From assembly GCA_016235455.1 (NCBI GenBank), contig JACRKZ010000008.1, positions 32,001-96,000 on the forward strand: a DNA stretch of 64,000 bases. The letters run 5' to 3'. Below are positions 57,809 through 64,000 of the stretch, piece after piece (positions within the stretch are counted from its first letter, which is position 1; every line of letters begins with the position of its first letter). The DNA is from Armatimonadota bacterium. GTDB taxonomy: Bacteria; Armatimonadota; UBA10988. The translations under genes were made by a program, and so were the position numbers. The notes under the pieces were generated by a model. It saw only the letters and a list, made by a program, of their open reading frames with translations, was not told where the DNA came from and did no database searches.

Positions 57809-58825
57809 TCAGGCGACCGGCTGCGCCACACCGGTCTGTGACGCGGTCCAGCCGGCTTCCATGATGGCCTGCGCGTCGCGGGCGATGCGCGGGTCCAGCG
57901 GGCCGACCGGCTCGGCCTCTTCGCTGACGATGGCCGTCAGATAGTGGCCCAGGCTGGCCAGATGCGGCGGCGGAGCGTCGGCCTCGATGATCTCGCCGCC
58001 GGGGTTGTCCGCGGTGGCGATGCACAGGCTGTTGCCCAGCGGCTCGATCAGCGCGTCGGCGCAATGGAACGAACCGCCCTTGCGCGGCGAGTCGGAGACC
58101 TGCGTCCAACTGGCCTCGATCTGGCCGAACGCGCCGTCGTAGCTCAGTAGCAGCACCGCGTTGTCCGCCGGCGTGTTCTGGGTCTTGATCAGCTTGGCGG
58201 CATAGCCCGCCACCTTCTCGGGCTTGCCCAGCAGCCAGCGGCAGACCGCCGCGCCGTAGCAGGTGTAGTCGGTGAAGGCGCCCGGCCCGTTGCGCTGCTC
58301 GTCATAGAGCCAGTCGACGAAGTACGGGCTGCAGCCCACGTTCTCCGGTCCGTTGTGAGCCGAGCGGTAGCGGATGTTCCACAGCTTGCCGTACTTGCCC
58401 GACAGGGCCAGTTCGGCAGCCTGCCACAGCGCCGGTTCCCAGCAGATGGGCCAGTTGATGACAAGCTTGACCCCGGCCTCGTCGGCGGCGCGCAGCATGG
58501 CGTCGGCGCCGGCCAGGTTGTTGGCCATGGGCTTCTCGACCACCACGTGGCAACCATGGGAGGCGGCGTCCTCGACCAAGTGCACCGACTCGGCATTGGA
58601 GGCGCAGACCAGCACGGCGTCGGGGTAGTGATGGTGCAGCAGATGGTGCGGATCGGCGCCGATCTCGGCGCCGGGCACGGTGGCCGCGAACTTGGCCGTC
58701 AACTCGGCGTGGGGGTCCCAGGCGCCGACAATCTTGATGTCGGGGTTCTTCTGCAGACCCGCGATGTTCCACCAGACATGGTCGTGCGACAGACCCAGCA
58801 CCACCACGCGCATCGGTTCCGGCAT
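57809..58825 (-). CDS. Gfo/Idh/MocA family oxidoreductase
   Basis: N-terminal Rossmann fold, HVVVEKPMA, GAFTDYTCYG. Confidence 0.9.
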   Translation of the reverse strand: MPEPMRVVVLGLSHDHVWWNIAGLQKNPDIKIVGAWDPHAELTAKFAATVPGAEIGADPHHLLHHHYPDAVLVCASNAESVHLVEDAASHGCHVVVEKPMANNLAGADAMLRAADEAGVKLVINWPICWEPALWQAAELALSGKYGKLWNIRYRSAHNGPENVGCSPYFVDWLYDEQRNGPGAFTDYTCYGAAVCRWLLGKPEKVAGYAAKLIKTQNTPADNAVLLLSYDGAFGQIEASWTQVSDSPRKGGSFHCADALIEPLGNSLCIATADNPGGEIIEADAPPPHLASLGHYLTAIVSEEAEPVGPLDPRIARDAQAIMEAGWTASQTGVAQPVA

Positions 58826-58840
58826 GATGCTCTCCTTACC

Positions 58841-61378
58841 TCACCGCGTCAGAAGGTACCACATCGTGGCGGCGCCGCCACCACACTCCAGCTTCCGGCG
58901 GTCGCTGCTCAAGGGCTGCGCGCCGCGGGCGCGACCGTTCTCGTCCAGCGCCACGGCCTTGGCCACCGGCGGCATGGTCACGGTCAGCGGCACCGGCTCG
59001 GCCAACACCGGGCCTCTACCCCAGTCCAGCGGCACGCCGTCCACATTCGTCTTCTGCTCAGTGTTGCGCACGCGGCCCACGACGGACAGCAACACGCGCT
59101 TGGCGGAGCGGATCGGCTGGCCATCGAGACTGACCAGCGCCGCGATGGCATGGCTGCCGGGCGCACCGCCGAAATGCAGCGTCACGTCGCCCAACTCCAC
59201 CGTCTGGCCGCCGACAAACCCCGCCACCAGGCGCGCCGCGGGCGCATTGACCAGCAGTCGTTCCGCGCCCCGTGTACGATCCCAGGTGACCTGGCCCGTG
59301 TCGGTCACCACCTGTTGGCCCTGCGGCGCGGGCACCGCCCGCGACGCCTTGGGCTGGCCCTCGCCGGGCACCAGCGTGACCGCCGTGCCGCACAGCCACG
59401 GGGCCAGGCTATCCACGCCGGCGTCGGACCACGACACCGCTTGCCAGCCGCCGCGGTCGCGGGCCGTCGCGGCGATGCACGCTGCTTGCGGCACGGTCAG
59501 CTCCACGCGTTGCTCGGCGGGTTTGACCAGACCCAGCCGATAGAGCAGCGCCGAGGCGGGAATCATGGCCATCTGGCCGCTGTGGCCAGTGGTGCCGAAG
59601 GCCGAGGTGAGGTAGCCGCGACCCGGTGACGAGCCAAAGTTGTACCAGGCGTAATCGAGCAGGCAGCTCCAGCCCTGGTAGGAGCCCAGCGTGGCCAGCA
59701 GCGGGAAGCACTCGGCGGCGTACGGGTTGGGCGGGTTCAGGTCGAACTCCGTGACGAAGAACGGCTTGCCCGCCACGCGCCAGTTGGCCAGCGAGCGCAG
59801 CCCGCCATTCGCCTCGCGCACCATGGACTTGGCGTCGGTGGTCCAGTACTGCCGGCCATCGACAGTCACCTGGCGTGGGTGCGCCGGGTAGGCGTGCATG
59901 TCGGTGACCTCGCCGGGCGCCTCGCGCAGCCAGCCGCAGGCGCCTCCGTAGCTGGCCTGAGTGCACAGGACCATAGCGTCGCTACGCAACTCGTCGCGGA
60001 TGAGCCGGCGCAGCCGCGCCACGTAGTCGGCCTCACAGTCCACCAGGAAGGCCACGTAGTCCCGTGCCTGGCCGCTCGTGCCATTGTTGCCTACCAACTT
60101 GACGCTGCCGGTCTCCAGGCGTTCGCCGGGGGCCAGCGGGTCGGGCTCGCCCTCGCGCAGCGACAGGCCGGCAAGGTCGAACGTGCCCATCTGGTTGTCG
60201 GCGTTGAGGTTCATCCGTACCGGCCGGCCGGCAGGGTCACCCACCACCAGGCTGACTTCGCACCGTCGCCACTCGGGGGTGAGCTTGACCCGTGACCCGG
60301 CGGCCACCTGACTCCAGGGCTCCACCTGCAGCATCATCGACAGATCGAGGTAGTCACTGCCACCGGGCCGACAGCGGCCCATGAAGCTGAGCGTGTAGGT
60401 GCGGCGCGCCTGCACGGGCACGCTGCTGGCCATGAGCTGGTGGTGATAGAAGGCGGTGCCCGGCGCGGTGACATCCCAGCGCAGGTACTTCCCGGTCGGC
60501 GCGGTGGCGTCGACCATGGCGGTCAACGTGCCGTGCCCGCCGACCTTCTGGTAGGCCCAGGGATCCATGCCCCGGACCAGCTCCGGCCCGACCAACCCGC
60601 CGCCCCAAGCCCGCGCGAGGGCTTCCGTGCTGGGGTAGTGCGCCTTGAGCCAGGCGTTCCATTTGGCGCGCAGGGGCTCGCTGAAGGCGGCCGGCAACGC
60701 CGCGTACTGGCCCCAGTTGGTTAGCGCGGTGTTCTCGTTGTTGAGCTCGATGACCGCCACGCCCGGGTCGTCCGCGTAGCGCAGTCCTGTGTAGGTGTTG
60801 CGGTGGTCCAGCAGTTCGCGCGCGAAGCGCAGTTGGCTCTCGATGTATGGCTCGTGCACGAAATCGAGGTGCTTGCCCATCCAGTCCCAACCCGGCGGCA
60901 TGTCGGCATAGCCGCGGGCCACATGCAGGTTGAGATCGACATACACGCCGTGCTGCTTGAGTTTGGCGAAGAACCAGTCGAGCTGGTCGAGCTTCTCGGG
61001 GTTGAGCGTCTGCCGGTCGGCGTTGAGAATGCCCCGGGGCGCGACGTCCCAGTCGTAGTAGTGGAACCGTACGCAGTTCATGCCCAGCTGCGCCAGACGC
61101 CTGGCGGCCGGTTCAGCCTGCTCCTTGGGCATCATCGGCCAGAAGTCGGTGATGTTGCTGCCGATCAGCCGCACCGGCTGTCCGCGCTCATCGACCACCT
61201 GCTCACCGCGAGCCCGCAACCGACCGTGAGCACCAGCAGGCTCGGCATTGAGGTACGACAGGTCCAGATCGGCGCCATCGGTGGCCGCCGTGGCCAGGTC
61301 GGGAATGCTGAACGGGAACCAGGCGGGCTCGCCCGCCAGAAGCAACTGCGCGGCCAACGTCAGGACTAACAAGATCAC
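58841..61378 (-). CDS. secreted GH5-like (clan GH-A) glycoside hydrolase with inserted CBM4/9-like domain
   Basis: Signal peptide from GTG 61378; GMNCVRFH, HGVYVDLNLHV, HRNTYTG, ELNNEN (acid/base), HAY, FVTEF (nucleophile); YTLSF...LTPEWRR CBM segment. Confidence 0.85.
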   Translation of the reverse strand: MILLVLTLAAQLLLAGEPAWFPFSIPDLATAATDGADLDLSYLNAEPAGAHGRLRARGEQVVDERGQPVRLIGSNITDFWPMMPKEQAEPAARRLAQLGMNCVRFHYYDWDVAPRGILNADRQTLNPEKLDQLDWFFAKLKQHGVYVDLNLHVARGYADMPPGWDWMGKHLDFVHEPYIESQLRFARELLDHRNTYTGLRYADDPGVAVIELNNENTALTNWGQYAALPAAFSEPLRAKWNAWLKAHYPSTEALARAWGGGLVGPELVRGMDPWAYQKVGGHGTLTAMVDATAPTGKYLRWDVTAPGTAFYHHQLMASSVPVQARRTYTLSFMGRCRPGGSDYLDLSMMLQVEPWSQVAAGSRVKLTPEWRRCEVSLVVGDPAGRPVRMNLNADNQMGTFDLAGLSLREGEPDPLAPGERLETGSVKLVGNNGTSGQARDYVAFLVDCEADYVARLRRLIRDELRSDAMVLCTQASYGGACGWLREAPGEVTDMHAYPAHPRQVTVDGRQYWTTDAKSMVREANGGLRSLANWRVAGKPFFVTEFDLNPPNPYAAECFPLLATLGSYQGWSCLLDYAWYNFGSSPGRGYLTSAFGTTGHSGQMAMIPASALLYRLGLVKPAEQRVELTVPQAACIAATARDRGGWQAVSWSDAGVDSLAPWLCGTAVTLVPGEGQPKASRAVPAPQGQQVVTDTGQVTWDRTRGAERLLVNAPAARLVAGFVGGQTVELGDVTLHFGGAPGSHAIAALVSLDGQPIRSAKRVLLSVVGRVRNTEQKTNVDGVPLDWGRGPVLAEPVPLTVTMPPVAKAVALDENGRARGAQPLSSDRRKLECGGGAATMWYLLTR

Positions 61379-61462
61379 CCTCTCCCACGTGCTGCTGTTC
61401 GGGGACGCGTCACCGTCTCCTGCCGACGGTGCGCGAGGCGCGCGTTGTGCTAGGATCGCCGC

Positions 61463-62788
61463 ATGACACGTCGTCTGCTGACACTGCTGCCGCTCCTGCT
61501 CGCCGCCTGTGCCCCCAAGCCCGCGCCACGACCCGCGCCCAGCCCGACGCCCGCGCCGACGCCGGCGCCGTTGGTCACTCAGGCGACGGTGCCCGGCGAG
61601 CCGCCCACGCCACCGGCCCGCATCTGGCGCGAGGGCCGGCAGGAGGTGCCGGTGATCATGTACCACGACGTCTGCGCCAAGCCCGAGGTGTGGTTCGACC
61701 TGACCACCCCTGAGTTCGAGCGACAGATGGCGCTGCTCCGCGAACGCAACATGACCGTCGTGCCGCTGGCCGACGTGGTCGACCACCTGCGCGACGGCAA
61801 GCCGCTGCCCAAGCGCGCGGTGGCCCTGACCTTCGACCAGGGCTGCCTGGGCAACCTGACCGACGCCTGGCCCATCCTCCGGCGGTACGGCTATCCAGCC
61901 ACGTTCTTCGTGCACACCGACTTCGTAGGCAAGAAGACGAGCAAGCAGCACCTGACCTGGGAGCAACTCAAGACGCTCGTGGCCACCGGCCAGATCGACG
62001 TGCAGCCCCAGAGCTGCACTTTCCCCGAGTTCATGCAGGACCTGCCCGAGAAGGACATCCTGGCCGAACTCCGCCAGAGCCGGACCGCGGTAGAGAAGAA
62101 CCTGGGTACGCGAGTCCGTTTCTACGCGCATCCCTATGGCAACGGCGACGACAAGGTGGCCAAGGCGCTGGAGGAGCTGGGCTACGAAGCGGCCTGGAAC
62201 GAGGTGCGCGCGCCCAACGCCTCACCGGCCGACCGCTTCTTCCTGCCGCGCTATGCGCCCAAGCGCCTGGGCGAGGCCATCGACCGCGCCACCCGCGCCA
62301 TGCCCGGCGTGTGGTCAGCCGGGCCTCTAAAGCTCAGTACCACGGGCGCGGCCTCGGCGCCGGCCGGGCTTCGGCTGACCTGGGACGCGTTGGATGCCGG
62401 GCTCGGCCGCGCCTTGCGCCGCGACGGCCGGCGCCAGCCCATGGGCGAGGGTGAGCAGCTCGGCCTGCTGGCCACACCGATGGTGGTCGTCTCGGCCAAG
62501 GAGGTACTGTTCTGCCGGTTCGGCGGCTGGATGAACCCGGCGGCCAAGCTGCGCACCCCCGGTGACCCGCTGGCCACGCTGCTGCCCGGCGCGACAAACG
62601 CGGGGCTCGGCCGCGACTGGGCCATCCATGAGGGCAAGGCGTTGGCTGGCGAGGGCTCCGCGCGAGCGCTGGTGGGCATCACCGCCGGTGGCCGGCTGTT
62701 CACGCTGCGCGCGCCCGAGCGCGCCACGCGCGCCAAGCTGACGCAAGCCGCGCTAGGGCTCGGCGCGGTTGAGGGCGTCACCTTCTAG
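61463..62788 (+). CDS. lipoprotein, polysaccharide deacetylase (CE4/NodB)-like domain + short NAGPA-like C-terminus
   Basis: Lipobox LAAC, Pro-rich linker, VPVIMYHDV, ALTFDQG, PATFFV, AHPYG; C-terminal ARALVGIT. Confidence 0.82.
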   Translation: MTRRLLTLLPLLLAACAPKPAPRPAPSPTPAPTPAPLVTQATVPGEPPTPPARIWREGRQEVPVIMYHDVCAKPEVWFDLTTPEFERQMALLRERNMTVVPLADVVDHLRDGKPLPKRAVALTFDQGCLGNLTDAWPILRRYGYPATFFVHTDFVGKKTSKQHLTWEQLKTLVATGQIDVQPQSCTFPEFMQDLPEKDILAELRQSRTAVEKNLGTRVRFYAHPYGNGDDKVAKALEELGYEAAWNEVRAPNASPADRFFLPRYAPKRLGEAIDRATRAMPGVWSAGPLKLSTTGAASAPAGLRLTWDALDAGLGRALRRDGRRQPMGEGEQLGLLATPMVVVSAKEVLFCRFGGWMNPAAKLRTPGDPLATLLPGATNAGLGRDWAIHEGKALAGEGSARALVGITAGGRLFTLRAPERATRAKLTQAALGLGAVEGVTF

Positions 62789-62795
62789 CGATCGG

Positions 62796-63692
62796 TCAGC
62801 CGCGCGGCGTGGGCCGCTCGGGCTTCCAGCGGTCAGCCTGGTTGAGCCGTTTCTCCAGCCAGCGCAGGTAGTCCAGATCGCGCCGGACGAAGGCGTCGGG
62901 ATCGCCCTGGCCGCAGTACTCGAGGCCCAGCAGGCCGCTGTAGCCGGACTGCTCAAGCGCGCTGAGCACCTCGAAGTAGTCGATGCAGCCGGCCTCGAGC
63001 GGGATATCCCAGTCGTGGCCCCAGGGGTAGAGCTTGAGGTTCTTGAGGTGCGTGTAGCGCATCCGCCCCTGCATGGAGTGGACCGCTTCGGCCAGGTTGA
63101 GGTGCCGGTCGGTGAGCAGTAGGTTGGCGAAATCGACGGACACGCCGACCGTCTCGTGGTCGAGGTGACCCGAGGTCCACAGCGCACCCTCGAAGCTGTC
63201 GGCGATGGTGCCGGGCCGGACCTCGACCGCGGCGCGCAGGCCGTGGGGCTCCAGCGCCTCGGCCAGCACTTCCAGCGCCTCGCGGCAGGCCGAGAAGTCG
63301 GCTTCGTCGGCCTCGTCGGAGGCCAGCACGTGGCTGCCATCGGGCCGCACGCGCTCCAGCAGCAGATGCACCAGGCCGGTGCCGCTGTCGGCCAGCTGGC
63401 TCAGCACGTCGGGCGAGAAGTAGGTCGGATTGCGCCGCACCAACTGGTCGGGCGAGGTCACCACGAAGTTGTGCAGGTAGGCCACGGCCACGCGCACCTG
63501 GTGCTGCCTGGCCAGGCGGCTGGCCTGCTCCAGCGCCAGACCGATGCCATCGATCGAGCACAGATCGGCGTCGGCGCACGGCCGGATCTCGACCGCGCCG
63601 AAGCCGTGGTCGGCCGCGGCTTCGAACAGCCGCCGCATCGGCCAGTGCCGATAGGTCCAGCCGACCAGACAGAGTTGAGACTCGACTCGCAT
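62796..63692 (-). CDS. sugar phosphate isomerase/epimerase (xylose-isomerase-like TIM barrel)
   Basis: GFGAVE, AVE, DFANL, THLKN, GYSGLLGLEY. Confidence 0.85.
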   Translation of the reverse strand: MRVESQLCLVGWTYRHWPMRRLFEAAADHGFGAVEIRPCADADLCSIDGIGLALEQASRLARQHQVRVAVAYLHNFVVTSPDQLVRRNPTYFSPDVLSQLADSGTGLVHLLLERVRPDGSHVLASDEADEADFSACREALEVLAEALEPHGLRAAVEVRPGTIADSFEGALWTSGHLDHETVGVSVDFANLLLTDRHLNLAEAVHSMQGRMRYTHLKNLKLYPWGHDWDIPLEAGCIDYFEVLSALEQSGYSGLLGLEYCGQGDPDAFVRRDLDYLRWLEKRLNQADRWKPERPTPRG

Positions 63693-63704
63693 TCCCCCTA
63701 CCCT

Positions 63705-64000
63705 CTACAGAGCCTGCCAGGCGATGTCCCGCCGGCAATGCGCGCCCTCGAATGTGATGCGGTCCACGGCTTCATAGGCCCGGGCCACGGTGGAGCGCAG
63801 GTCGTCACCGGTAGCCGTGACACCCAGCACCCGGCCGCCCGCGGTGACCACCTGTCCGTCCACCAGCCTGGTGCCCGCGTGGAACACGACCACCCCATCC
63901 AACGCCTCCGCCTCCGCCAGCCCGCCGATGGGCAGACCCGTGGCATACGCTTCGGGATAGCCGCCCGAAGCCATGACGACACAGGCGGCCGCCTTGTTCG
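63705..64000 (-). CDS. purD: phosphoribosylamine-glycine ligase, 3' end only
   Basis: ACVVMASGGYP, VFHAGT, TAGGRVLGVTA, RRDIA (GARS C-terminal domain). Confidence 0.93.
   Translation of the reverse strand, partial: NKAAACVVMASGGYPEAYATGLPIGGLAEAEALDGVVVFHAGTRLVDGQVVTAGGRVLGVTATGDDLRSTVARAYEAVDRITFEGAHCRRDIAWQAL

Noticed and set aside
1-64000. tRNA, rRNA, prophage, IS elements or defence islands
   Set aside because: No tRNA cloverleaf, rRNA, integrase, transposase or phage motif and no obvious low-GC island was recognised by eye; a tRNAscan/Infernal run would be needed to exclude small RNAs fully.

Overview
High-GC, gene-dense bacterial chromosomal segment with about 50 real CDSs. I saw no rRNA, tRNA, CRISPR array, integrase or transposase. 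An SLH-like/beta-barrel outer-membrane protein and an LptD-like protein occur alongside Firmicutes-style genes (RsbRST stressosome, YqeG, VanW), which suggests a diderm Terrabacteria lineage such as Armatimonadota; this is inference only. Housekeeping genes: tmk-holB-trxA-htrA, mrdA, mltG-yqeG-aroE, pilB-pilT-pilC-pilD, a GldAFG-like ABC system with a DUF4340-repeat protein, argC and the purD 3' end. There are also several CAZymes and three histidine kinases. The most notable element is a tightly coupled operon behind one clear sigma70 promoter: glnD-rimO-rsbS-rsbT-rsbX-rsbR-gcvR-like ACT protein. It is a rearranged stressosome with no sigma-factor, kinase or cyclase output, bracketed by ACT-domain nitrogen/amino-acid sensors. 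Other points: a doubly frameshifted yefM-yoeB pair with an intact operator, an in-frame deletion in PBP2, a hyi gene lacking its normal 3' end, several apparent pseudo-enzymes (CE4, GH42-like, Cys-less PocR), recurrent leaderless-type promoters, two candidate structured RNAs and three kinds of short intergenic repeat. All family calls come from motif recognition by eye; no database search was run.
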